A DNA stretch of 50,201 nt, counting the filler, from Sphacelaria rigidula (Eukaryota): assembly GCA_964200075.2 (NCBI GenBank). It is 3 parts of 3 records of this genome, joined end to end, with 100 filler letters (N's around TTAATTAATTAA, not from the genome) between each part and the next. Parts side by side here need not be neighbours in the genome. Positions count along the whole stretch, not along the records: positions 33,537 to 50,201 come from CAXNAA020001284.1; 2 more parts are not named here. One strand, given 5' to 3'. The notes under the pieces were generated by a model that worked only from the letters and a program-made list of their open reading frames with translations, had not been told where the DNA came from and did not search any database. The translations under genes and the position numbers were made by a program. Of this stretch, positions 38,890 through 50,100 are shown in pieces (positions within the stretch are counted from its first letter, which is position 1; the number at the start of each line of letters is the position of its first letter).

Positions 38890-39913
38890 GGCCACAAGAG
38901 TAGATCTCACGGAGGCGAACATGGGTCAGTTGGGTTCGGCGCAGAAGACCCAGCTGTTATCCGTGTTAAGAGACTTCAACGAAGCAGGTCTTCTCGCGGT
39001 GGATCCCAAGCGGGTGAAAGCCGCGCGTGGGGAACCGTTGCGTCTACGACTGAAAGATCCCCGATGCCGGCCATTCGCTGCCGGTACTGGGCGGTACTCG
39101 CCAGGACAAGAAACAGCTATACAAGACGAGGTCCGGAAACTCGCGGAGCGGGGGATCATTGAGCCGTCGACGTCCGCATGGGCAGCTGCTTGCGTCACGG
39201 TGTGGAAGAAGGACGGTAGTTTACAGTTGTGTCAAGATTATCGTGGACTAAACGAACTTCTCGAGTCGTATAGCGGTGGTTTGGGGGATATGCAGACCAT
39301 GTATAGTGGCCTAGCGGGATCAAAGTACTTTACGAGAGTGGATTTAGCGAGTGGGTTTTTCCAGTTGGAAGTGGCGAAAGAGGACCGACACCTTACCGCC
39401 TTTCGCGATGCGAGGGAGCACTTATGGCAATATCAACGTTGTGGATTCGGACTCAAGGTATCACCAGCGACATTTCACCGAACAGTATCCGAAGCGTTGT
39501 TGCCGGCGCGGGGTGTCAAAAATTGATTGGATGATATCTTGTGGCCTAGTGCGACTTTCGCCAGCCACATGACGGGGTTGAGAGTTGTCCTCTATTGCCT
39601 GCTGAAGGCCGGCCTCACCGTGAATTTCCATAAATCACAATGGTGCACCCAGCAGCAGGACTTCGTAGGGATGACGATCGATGCGTCGGGAATACGACCT
39701 TCCCAGTCTAAGATCGAAGCTATCGCTCAGTTGAAGGAGACGCGGAGAGTAGAGGAGCTAAGGTGGTTTCTAGGTATGACTGGATATCTGCGGAGGTACA
39801 TAAAGGAGTACAGTAACACGGCAGCACCGCTCACAGACTTGCTGAGAGACCCGCGATTCGCCTTCAACCGAGCGCGGAGGATGGGGATTGCATGGGGGGG
39901 GCAGCAGCGATAA
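38890..39913 (+). pseudogene. Reverse transcriptase domain (Gypsy type), disrupted
   Basis: GIIEPSTSAWAA, KKDGSLQLCQDYRGLN, YFTRVDLASGFFQL, TAFRD, GFGLKVSPATF, N*LDDIL (stop at 39524-39526), FLGMTGYLRRYI. Confidence 0.95.
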
Positions 39914-39925
39914 GCATTCCTAGAC

Positions 39926-40342
39926 TTGAAGAGCGCTCTGATGTTGTATCCGATCTTGGCGTACCCGGATTGGAATGAACGATTCATGCTACACTCAGAC
40001 GCTTCAGAGTTTGCAGCAGGGGCCGCCCTGGCCCAAAAGGCGGATGAGAGGGAATTGATCATCGAATATGCTAGTCATAGATGGTCGCGGGCAGATGAAG
40101 AAAGATCAGCATCAGAGAGAGAAGTAGTCGCTGTTTTGTGATCCGTGGAGCGATTCAGATCGTATCTATGGGGACGAGACTTTACGCTAGTCACATATTG
40201 CAGTGCGTTGACGTGGCTGTTCCGTAGTTAAAACTTGTCGCCTAAGTTCCACCGGTGGGCGCTGAGATTGATGGAGTATGATATGGTCCTCAAGTGGAGA
40301 GCTGAACGCGAACACCAGTTGCCGGACGCCCTGTCCCGGCTG
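39926..40342 (+). pseudogene. RNase H domain (Ty3/Gypsy), disrupted
   Basis: FMLHSDASEFAAGAALAQ, EYASHRW, SEREVVAVL*SVERFRSYLWG, RWALRLMEYD, PDALSRL. Stops at 40139 and 40229. Confidence 0.93.
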
Positions 40343-40603
40343 CAAGGGAGCCAACCCAGGGGAAGTGACATTGACGTGTCATTCCCTAACGATGATACTG
40401 AAGCTGGACCAGGCGGAGAAGGAGGACCGCAAGGACCCAAACTGGGCGGGATGTTACTGAAGGAATAGGAGGCTGAGTATCCGAAAGAATCCGCAGACGT
40501 GATGGCATTAGCGTTGGAGGAGGCCAGCGCGTTGTATTCACCGGAAACCAGGGACGGGGTTACTATTAACTCGGAGAATCCTGTGACTGGACCGGTTAAG
40601 CAA

Positions 40604-41497
40604 CGACCTCCCGCTTTGATTGTCCATTGTGGAAGCGAGGGAAGCATTCTGACCGCGGAGAAGTTCTTGGAGGTGGTAGCAGCCACCGATGCAGATTGGA
40701 AGGCGTTGGATTGTGTCAGGATGAACCAAATTGGATAGGGAGTCAAGCTTGTACGTACGACTCCAGCGCGCCCTTCTTTCCACAACTTGGTGGAGGAGGT
40801 GCAACCAGAAGTGCTGGTAGGAGATACGAGTAGGGTTGCCTCCGTTGATAAAGGTGCGGGGGAGTCGGAATCCGTAGACGGTGTCCGAGAACTGGTCGAG
40901 TCGTTCCTCTTCTTAGTCTCGGCGACAACTCTGATCTTGGAGAGTACGGGTGTCAAGGTGCACTCTCCGGGTTGGAATGAGAGCGTGACTCCGTTGCTGA
41001 GAGGAGTCGGCTGCTGTATCCAGCAGGCATCCATCTCCGCCGTGCAGGTGGGCGCCCCGTACTGAAAGGAACGGACCTATGTGGTCGCTCTGAAGGCTGG
41101 TTGGCAAGGAGAAGAACCACTGCGCGCATGGAGGCAGCGAGTGGAAGCGTATGCTGTTACCTGCCCCCCGTTGGGTCAGCTCTTGGGGCGGACTGGCACC
41201 TATTTCTTGGAGCCGACAGGGCAAGACAAGGCTATTCACAGTTTCGAAGATCCGATGCCCAGGTTAACTCGTCCTCGGCTGACGAGAGGGAAACCGCGAC
41301 GCGAGGATTTCACACCCCACAGGGCGGACGCAGGGGTATGGGAGGAAGCAGCAGAGCTGGAAAGAGTCGACTTTGTGAGAGTCGCGACCAACCTCGACCA
41401 CTACGAGACCTAACCCACGGTGAACCCCGACGCTATGCCAGATATTGTTGCTAGTTTCGTCCATCCGTGGATGATGGGGGTGGTTATATCAAGCTTG
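40604..41497 (+). pseudogene. C5 cytosine DNA methyltransferase-like domain inserted in frame in pol between RNase H and integrase
   Basis: Ordered motif equivalents: I LIVHCGSEG; II EVVAATDADWKALDCVRMN; IV PEVLVGDT (no PC); VI TLILEST; VII LLRGVGC; VIII ISAVQVGAPY*KERTYVVA; IX ELERVDFVRVATNLDHY; X DIVASFVHPWMMGVVISSL. Same frame as RT and RNase H. Stops at 40736, 41063 and 41411. Recognised by eye only. Confidence 0.68.
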
Positions 41498-41914
41498 GAA
41501 GTGGAAGGTTTGTTGAGCTCGACTCAGATTCGGAGTGAGGACATAGGTCTAAGTGCGCTAGCGACGATATGGCCGCATGAGGATGAGTTGCCAGAGACTT
41601 GGGGAGCCGCCGTAACTCGCACGTCGGTTCCCGAAGCGGAACATAAGTCGGACCAGGACTCTGGTGGGGGAGAAGCTTCAGCTGAGGAGCCAATACCAGG
41701 TACAGGTAACCCTAGAACCGTTCTCGAACAAGCGAGGGCGATCCTGATGGACAAACCACAACTCGTTTTATTACAAGAGCGGGACTTCCGTCTTGGACCC
41801 ATCAAGGATAGGTTAAGAGAGGGGCTCAAGGATGAAGGAGCTGGCAAGGGGCGGGATGCGTACGTGCTAGATGAGAATAATCTTTCATGGTACACCTCCC
41901 CTAAGGAGCCAGCC

Positions 41915-43056
41915 AAGTCAGCTATCCCACGCAGCCTAGTGCCAGGGCTGCTGGCGTGGGTGCACACTATGCACGGGCACGCTGGAGTAATGAGGACGAC
42001 TGCAGTAGTCAACGCAAGGTACGAATGGTCTGGTCTTTTCGCCGATACTCCCAAATACGTGTTGTCTTGTGGATGTCGCCGACGCAAGCGTATCAACAGT
42101 CACACCCTAGCGATGCGGCCCGCCCGATTCCTGCGGGCATGGGGGAGATGTTAGAGATGGACATACCGGACATGAAGCAGGTTTCCGCCTCGGGCAACAG
42201 ATACTTGCTGATCATCGTGGATCGAGCAACCAAGTTTTTCTTCGCTTCCCCATTGGCTGCCAAGCTCACGGTGCCCGTTGCGAAATGTCTGCTGAAGCTC
42301 TTCTTGACGTTTGTGGTACCCTACTTTTTAAGGAGTGACGCTGGGGGGGAGTTCACGTCGGAGGTAGTGAACCATGTATGCCAGTGGATGAAGGTGAAGC
42401 CGGATCATGGTCCGGCAGAGCACCCTCGCGGTCAGGGCGCGATAGAGAGGTACGGGGGATGGTTGCACAACGTTTTAGTCGAGCTCTGTAAGCAGTGGCC
42501 AGAAAGGTGGGATGAGTACGTAGACCCCGCTGTGTGGGTTCACCGTACTACTCCCGACCCGGCATTGCCTAATAACCCGACTCTATTTAAGCTGCTTTTG
42601 GGGCGCGAGCCACGCACCCAAATAGACGCTGTGTCACCTGAAGCGGAGTCTCCACCGTTGAACAATACGGTGGAACAACAGCGCCAAAACCTGAAGGAGG
42701 TTCACGAGCTGTTGGCCCAATGCCACAAGCAAAGGGAAGAGGTAAGATCGGCTAGAAATGCCGAGCTGAGTCGCCAGTCGGCGGGGTCGCGAGCTCAGGT
42801 AGGGGATCTGATGTTAGTGAAGGAGTCCCACAGCTCCCTTGTACACGAAGATGTGCTGACTAAACTAGTGCACGACTTGTGGACGGAACCATGGATTGTA
42901 CAGCAAGTGGTGATACCCGGTCTTAGCCTTAAGGTCAGCATGCAGGGGCGCAAGGTACGAGAACGGACGGTGTCGGCAGCCAATGTAAAGAAATTTCATG
43001 TGCGCCCTGAACAGCTGCGACATCCGTTTCCGGACGAGTACTCTCATTTAGCATGA
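41915..43056 (+). pseudogene. Integrase (HHCC zinc finger, DDE core, GPY/F-like tail), frameshifted
   Basis: VHTMHGHAG...YVLSCGCRRRK (HHCC). Frameshift near 42140-42146. EMD...NRYLLIIVDRATK, LRSDAGGEF, HPRGQGAIER, QVGDLMLVKE...WTEPWIV. Confidence 0.93.
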
Positions 43057-43101
43057 GGGGATGATTTGGGGTTGGCTGAGGAGATCGCATCCGTCCCGCA
43101 A

Positions 43102-43272
43102 CTGTACACATTGACAGATAGGAAGGTGGTGCTAGGATCAGGATCGTCATGGGAGTGGGCCTATCGGGGGTTATTTCATGACGGAGACAAATCTCACTGG
43201 CTTTCTGAGGAAGTGTTGGATAGGTTCACTGGGTTACAACTGGATGTGTTTCATGCTTTGTGGGAACTATAT
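43102..43272 (+). other. Chromodomain-like module C-terminal to integrase
   Basis: LYTLTDRKVV...WEWAYRGLFHDGDKSHWLSEEVLDRF...LDVFHALW follows the chromodomain pattern (Y-x-hydrophobic-x-D-R...Y-x-x-x-F/W-x-G...W...helix) at the position used by chromoviruses. It is divergent. Confidence 0.55.
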
Positions 43273-43365
43273 CACCCGCAAGCCAAACCACGCCCATCCG
43301 TTACGCCATCTCAAACAGAAAGAGACCCTATTGCTCGGGATAAAGCTTTGCGACAGATTTCCCGA

Positions 43366-43518
43366 GGGACTAAAATCCGTAAACGGTTTGTGGACAGCCA
43401 AGGTGAGCAGCAGGAGTTCGACGGGGTGGTGTTCGATTTCCGTCAGCCGTATTTTCGTATCAAGTATGAGGATGGGGATTGGGAAGAGATGACGCCGTTA
43501 GAGGTGCGGAAATATGCG
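43366..43518 (+). other. Tudor-like (PTM/DIR17-type) module at the polyprotein C-terminus
   Basis: GTKIRKRF...EFDGVVFDFRQPYFRIKYEDGDWEEMTPLEVRKY matches the GxxVxKxF...FxGxV...YxVxYEDGDxEEL signature. Confidence 0.75.
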
Positions 43519-43572
43519 GTGAATGGGCAGGGTACCGGAACAGTTTCGGGGTTTAACTGGCGGAGAAAAGGG

Positions 43573-43730
43573 ATCGTTTCTGCACGGTGTTTAAATTCCC
43601 TACGTGGTCTAACCCGGCAGAGCGGTCAGCAAGACAGCGGATCCCCCCCGGGCGGGATAAAATCGTTCTTGCGCGGTGTTGAAATGCCCTACGCGGTCTA
43701 ACCCGGCAGAACGGTTATCAAGATCGACGG
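43573..43730 (+). repeat. Two ~68-nt direct repeats (period 89 nt) at the 3' end of the Gypsy internal region
   Basis: ATCGTT..TGC.CGGTGTT.AAAT.CCCTACG.GGTCTAACCCGGCAGA.CGGT.A.CAAGA at 43573 and 43662. Confidence 0.85.
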
Positions 43731-45110
43731 CTACACCAAGACGCCGAGTACTCGGGAAGAGGGACATGGTAACGCGGTGATCCATCGTGTGAACCCCGGT
43801 CAGTCCCAGGGTTTTTCAATCCCAGGAGTGAGCGGGGGTATTACGGATCGCGGCGTGGAGTGGTGGATAAGGGTAGTACGATGATGGGCCGTCGATTTCA
43901 AAACGACACTACGCGCCCGGAGGGCTGATTGCGGGAACTGGCCAGTACCGCAATCAGAGGTGAGGATGATGTAATCCGTCAAGAGACGGAATACATCAAC
44001 ATGCCTCTTTACATCCGGTTGGATTCGGTTCTTTCCAGGGATCGATTCAATCAGATGTCACCCTGGTGTTCACTTCTCTGAAGTGCGAGTCAATACCACC
44101 AAGAGAAAAAGTGAAATCGAATCGGCGTGAAGCTATGATCAAGAATATCCTGACGCTTGGCTTGTATCGTTCTGCGTTGGACTTTCCCCACGTGCTGTGA
44201 GCCTACGATTGTTTCAGGAATAGCGGTAAGACTGTAACGATGTTTGATTCAAGCAGCAGATGCAAGGGGGTCGAAATGATAGTAGAACGAGCTATGTGCA
44301 CAAATGAAATGGTGGAATATGTAGTCAGATAGTGAGAATAAGTCGTATCGGCATAAGGTAGCGAAACTTCGTGACTTGCATGACCGAAATTCTGCCGTTG
44401 CTTCGCCGTAGTACTCGGCTTGCACAGTAGATATACGCAAGGTGGACAACAACTATGACCAACACTATTCTGTTTGTATCGGAGACAACTTCAAGCGTCA
44501 AGCAGCTGCATGCTGCACCGAGGGGCCCCATATCGGGATATGACGGCACAACCCCCCCCCCCCCAGGTCGCCCGAACCTGATTTTTGGGCCATAGGAGGG
44601 GAGGGGGGGAGAGAAACCCGGTTACCCTATTTGAGGAGGGGGGGTACCCCCCTGATCGATGGATGATGGTAATGATAGTTGCTGTGTGTGCGCACAGCGG
44701 TCCTAGAACATAAGTCCATGCATTGAAAGTATGCTGCTTGCTGCTGTCTTCGACACTGCGTACACTGCGTACCAGCCGCAGCGTGACACCTTCGGTGGTA
44801 CTACCTGCGCTCACTGCACAGCGGCAGGGCGCAGGGTGACCAAACACACCGTAGGACGTCAGATCCTTAGCCTATTCTTGCCCTGCATTGATTCCGCGGT
44901 ATCCTGTGCAGTTCGCCATATCATGGACGCAGCCACTTGTACGTGCGGCCAACGTGTACGCAGAATATCACCCCTCCCTGCGCGCTATATCGCCACGTCA
45001 CATTTTGTAAAGGTGCATATCCGTGTTGCAGCTACAGCGTGCGTTTGCCCCAGGGGGCGCACACAGGAGTGAAAGGCCGCCTCCGCCGCTGTTATGGCTA
45101 CCTACCTAGG

Positions 45111-45226
45111 AAAACTCCTGTGTTGGCCGTTCTCCTGTGTGATCCCTGCTGGTGCGCCCACATACACCGAAAGATGGAGACCGGCGTCCAAAATAAATAG
45201 ATGGGACGACAACACACACAACACAC
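45111..45226 (+). mobile_element. 5'-truncated copy of the same SINE
   Basis: Matches the reverse complement of ~15101-15210 (AAACTCCTG...GACCGGCGTCCA...ATAGATGGGACGACAACACACA). Confidence 0.8.
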
Positions 45227-45560
45227 TGTGCGCAGTAACCTTTTAGCATCGTGTTCGTGCTGACTATAGGAATCTTTGTCGAGGGTCTGGTACATTTCCA
45301 CATGTATATAATGCAACATCCGGGCGAACTGTGGGTGAGGCAATTGTCAAAATATTCACCTGCAAACTCTGCTCTAGTGCCCTGTAAGTTGATATCGCTA
45401 GAAGGACACTACCTTAACCATGTTGCCGGCTGCCAGACTATCAGGACGTAGAATCCGCTAGCATTGCTACTGTCTGTACGGGGATGTTGCCCCCTTTATG
45501 GGGTACGTGGGGAAGGGTCCGTGGCAAAACGCAGTGGTCGCGTCAAGCAGCTGCACGCCG

Positions 45561-45941
45561 GGCGTTCTCACTCAAGACTTCGATTTGGAGGATGATCCTA
45601 GGTAGGCAGCGGCAACTTCTCTGTGTCCAGGTGCCCCTTGGAGCAGGATGCGTTTGGTTTCTGTTTGAGAAAGTTATCCCCCCCAAAACGAAGTCAATAG
45701 GGGTTCTACAGAGGGGATATATAGCAGAAGAAAAAGTCGAAAAAATCGCTGGGCGTTCTCACTCAAGACTTCGTTCGATGTGGAGGATGATACTTGGTAG
45801 GCAGCGGCAACTGCTGTGCGTCCAGGTGCCCCTTGGATTAAGATGCGTTTGGTTTCTGTTCGAGAAGGTTATCCCCCAAAAAACGAAATCAACAAGGGTT
45901 TTAGAGTGGAAAAATATAGCAAAAGAAAGTCGCAAAAATCG
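45561..45941. repeat. Tandem duplication, two ~191-bp units
   Basis: Units start GGCGTTCTCACTCAAGACTTCG at 45561 and 45752. Confidence 0.92.
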
Positions 45942-46504
45942 AGTCGCGAAAAACCGGTTAGTCGGATTTGTTTTATCCGGAGCAGAAACCAAATTCACTG
46001 ACTGAACTTGGAATTTGACGTGTCAGTGTGGTGGGCTGGCTCAAGGGTGAGGAACGCGTATTACGTGTACTCTCGTTAGCGTGTTACTATCCATCGCGGA
46101 AAATGGAGAGCCATGGCTCGAAAAGAACGTTTGTGGTAAAATGCAGCTCACATATATCTTACAGTTTTTGACTGCTGGGTGACAGGGGAAATCCTTGGGT
46201 GTTCAACTCGTCAAGAAGACAAGGTGATCGGGCTAGTTACTCCGTAGCAATTCAGCTCTCTCTGACAGCGTTCCAAGGTCATAGTAAAGCAACGTCGACG
46301 AACACTGCACCGGCATACAGCTTGGCGCTGTCCACCACTCGGCGTGTCTATTTAATTTACCCCTCCCATAAAACACGGAAGGGGAGCAACACGCCTCGAC
46401 TGTTACGAACATTAAATATTTCATAATGGATGCGCAACAACAACTGAACAATGTCATCTACAAATAGTATTGACACACTTTATTTTTCTCGTATTATCAT
46501 TTCT

Positions 46505-46650
46505 AACCTCTCTCCTTCCTGAGGACGAGTGCGTGGTCTCCAGCAATCAACTTATCTCTCGAGCAATCAACCTATCTCGTGGATTGGATCATCTCCAACA
46601 CTCTCGCACCGTATCGACTCTCGCCAAGCGGACTCAGCCGAGCAGGTACA
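46505..46650 (-). repeat. Fragment of the same dispersed repeat (inverted)
   Basis: GGACGAGTGCGTGGT...CACTCTCGCACCGTATCGACTCTCGCCAAGCGGACTCAG resembles the reverse complement of 49720-49870. Confidence 0.75.
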
Positions 46651-49532
46651 TTCTGCTACTACTCACGTACATCATCGCACACTCAGCGACAGAAACCAAA
46701 CACCATTAGCAGTACTTGTCAGAAAAAAAAAAGTGAAACTAGACGAACGCATCTGGCGGGACCAGAACCTGTGTTATTCCCGCACTATTACCTATTGATA
46801 ATGGAATCGGTTGTACCATTACCTTCACGTCACCCGGGCGCGGCGACAACTGCCCCAAGTGGTGAAACATATGGACATCCCTTACTAAACTATACCTACA
46901 GGATGAAACCCCGCAAACACCACGACAGAGGACGCCGACTAGGGGCTCAAGAGACCGGGGACGAACGTGCCAAGCGCCAACGCGCTCGGAGATGACACCG
47001 GAACCAACGAGCGTGGCGGTGACTTAAGATGGAGCGACGGAGAACACCATGTCACGCGAGTACACGTACAAGCAGTTCGGGGTGAAGGCACACCAGGCGC
47101 AGGTCTTGTCGGCACCGGTCGTAACAAGACGGTAAGCCTCCTGCACACCGACCATGACAACGAAATAAGTCATCTACGTCGTCACCGTCGCATGTCCAAC
47201 ATCTCCACACTCTCACCGGCAACACTGACGGAGCAGCGCCACCAGCTACATCTGTGTCCCCCAGCCCGTGGATTCGTACCCGCTGTGCTCCCGCACCCAT
47301 CAGGACGTCGTCTTCTTCGTCCTCGCTCAACTTGCCTACCCCTCTGTTGATACTGGAGCCGTCTCCAGGCTCCTCGACGCCTTACATATTTCCCCCGGTG
47401 ATCTCTTCCACCCCTCCTCTTCAGTGTCGTCGCTGTGCATGCCTTCAATACGTCTTGAAGTTCCAAAGATAACTGTGTGCGATCCCCCCCCTCCTCCCCC
47501 CCATTTATCCCCCCTCTTCCCTCCCTCGAGCCTTCGGCGTAGAGTCCTCTACGTGATGACTTGTGCACCAAACAAAATCGTTAAAAAAACATACATATAT
47601 CCCACTGAGTCCGCGAAACGGACGAGAAAATCTACATGAAAGCTGATGCACCCTTTCGGCCGCAGCTTGTGCTACTAAAAAAAAATGACCCTGCCCAAAA
47701 GCAGGATATGCTTCATATAAACGAAAATAAAATTACGTCGTATAACATGTGCTAATATATGTATAATTTTTTGTATACATACTCCAAGGTGCCCAAAATC
47801 AAAACTGGTTGGTCTACATCGGACGAAGCGTCTCTAGCACGGTGTTGGTATACAACAACCGTACAGTCCTACACCAGGAAAGCTAAATCGGCGATAGGCA
47901 CGCGGAATCATTGCTATGCAGCCGAGAACTACGCATTCCGTCAACCCGTTGAGCACCGGCATGCGATATCCGTACTACAGTAAGTCGCAGTGAGCAGCTG
48001 CTTTGCCCGCCGACTTCAAGCGACCAGTGTCAGTTAGCATTGCCTCCTGCGGTGTCAAGCCTAGGTGGAGTAATGGCAAAATACTGGCACTGACCAAAAC
48101 GATTGTTTCACCATCCATACATCTCGGTCGAGAACCCTACACCTTGCTCGAACAAAGACAAAACAAGAAAAAAAAACATGATATGTGCTACTCCGCCCCG
48201 GCGTTACCAAGAATATAATACTATTACTTTTTAACTGAGTCCCACGGTGAACATCTACGAGTTAATTACCACTAAGCGTACACAGGAATCTATTACACCG
48301 CCAACGCGCGCAGTAAATCTCGCTATTATCCGAGCTAAAGGCTTGAAAATATCACAATACGATGTCACCGAAGAGCACGAGCTACCGGACGGTTTGTACG
48401 TCTTCACCTGTAACAATTCACCCGTCACCCGCGGTCGGGTAAGAGGTTGTCCATCCCTTAATTTGGAAGCGGGACGCCAAAAAGTGTTACACACTTCCAG
48501 AGTACAGCCACGGGCGCAAAATGGACTCAGGATAACGACCCGCGAAGTGAAAGAACGCGTACAATAACTACAAACCAACTGAATTAACAGGTGAACCTCT
48601 CCTACCCTATCCTATCGACTGAACGAACACGCGACCCCACCGGTGCACTCTCGGCCTTGCGTTGCAGTACACCGAGCGAAGGTCTCCAAATATTAATAAC
48701 AAGAATGACAGCACGCCGCTAGCTTAACGAGTACCACAATAATTATGCACACGAAGGAACAGACCCCCGACGAGGAGGAGGAAGGGGTGCCGAGGGGGAT
48801 CATACCAGCCGAAGCCTCATTCCAGTCTGGCCCCGGGACAAACTATCGTATCCCTCCTGCTTGCTCATTGCCCAACCCTCGAGGGCGGAGAAACACTGCT
48901 GAGGCGGAAGCCACGGCCTACCAAGCTCTCGCTGGACATGGGCCATCCTATCCATTGACCACAATCGCACTGCACCCTCTCCGCATTATTCTCATCGCTC
49001 GACATATATCACTTGAGCTATTCTCTACTCTCGACACTCCATGAATCAAGTCCATACTTCGCATATCGTACGCCATACGGCAGTTTGCCTTGCGCAAGGC
49101 AACGCCCGCCACGGTGCCCCCTTCCTCACGTCTTTGGAAGAAACGTGTAACCCCGCTGCCCGGTCCTCGCTTCCTCCCTGCCCGAATTCAGCCAATTGAG
49201 CCATACCCGCCCGGGAAAAATAAACCCAGGTCTTCACGCTTTCGATTCACCAGAACATGATGGCGAAACGCGGAAAGAAAAGCAAAAGAGGCTGGCGGTA
49301 GCCCATGTCCACAACCTGCTGGCAGCACCGTTCTGTGGTCCTGAATACACTATCAACGTCCCTGTGAGGCAGGGCAGAAAAGAGGGAGGAGTCCACAGGA
49401 GAGGATAGAGCGAAACATGTTCCGTCACTATAAAATGATACAAGCAACATAGTATGCGTAAAGAATTGAAACCCTGATACAAATTTGATGTACGGTTCCA
49501 ATGCGGCGCCCCGTCGGTCTGACGGTCCAAGC

Positions 49533-49533
<1 letters not shown>

Positions 49534-49582
<49 letters not shown>
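49534..49582. repeat. (CA)n microsatellite
   Basis: Seen directly in the sequence. Confidence 0.97.
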
Positions 49583-49586
<4 letters not shown>

Positions 49587-49719
49587 AGCGGAGAGAACGA
49601 CGGTTCGATTCCGGCATGACTAACATAACCAGCATGACGCGTTTGGGTTCTTTGTTCCAAATTGTTCAAATTTCATGATTTCCGCAGTTGAAAACGCAAG
49701 GACGTAACTAGAAAAAAAG

Positions 49720-50100
49720 AGGTACACTGACTCTGCTTGACGAGGGTTGACACGGTGCGGGAGTGCTGTTGATCATGACCCAATCCGCGACACGGAAATG
49801 TAAGACGAATACCATACCTAGGGAGAGATAGGTTAATCCCCTGATACCACGGACTCGTCCCGAGGAGTGAGGGGGGACGCGTACTCATGATCTTGCATGC
49901 CATAGTCATGAGACTATTGACCTCGCATCCCTACAAAGCGGGACGGAGCACGTCGGGTTTCCCCCGGACCAGGCTCGCACTCAGTCACCAAGAGCAAAGC
50001 GCCGTGGCGTGTTCGGCGAGTCGCATGAACGAAGATTGTTCGGTCCGAAGCCTACTGATTATCTTGCATTTGGATGACAGCCTCCAATGAGTTGATTTAT
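49720..50100 (+). repeat. Longer copy of the dispersed repeat family
   Basis: 49870-50100 matches 9795-10035 directly. 49720-49870 matches 46505-46650 in inverted orientation. Confidence 0.85.

Larger units (their letters stand above)
35645..43701 (+). mobile_element. Degenerate Ty3/Gypsy LTR retrotransposon, internal gag-pol region
   Basis: Domain order is PR-RT-RNaseH-IN, the Gypsy order. It is mostly in one reading frame, broken by in-frame stops and a few frameshifts. No LTR pair was identified. Confidence 0.95.

Noticed and set aside
40228-42096. Long minus-strand ORFs (40228-41034, 41524-42096)
   Set aside because: They are antisense shadows of the pol frame with no recognisable motifs.
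45484-46005. 173-aa ORF with an internal repeat
   Set aside because: It is explained by a 191-bp non-coding tandem duplication and has no protein features.
46900-49410. Exon-like fragments (46902-47150, 48745-48900, 49256-49365)
   Set aside because: They could not be joined into a consistent spliced frame or assigned to a family.
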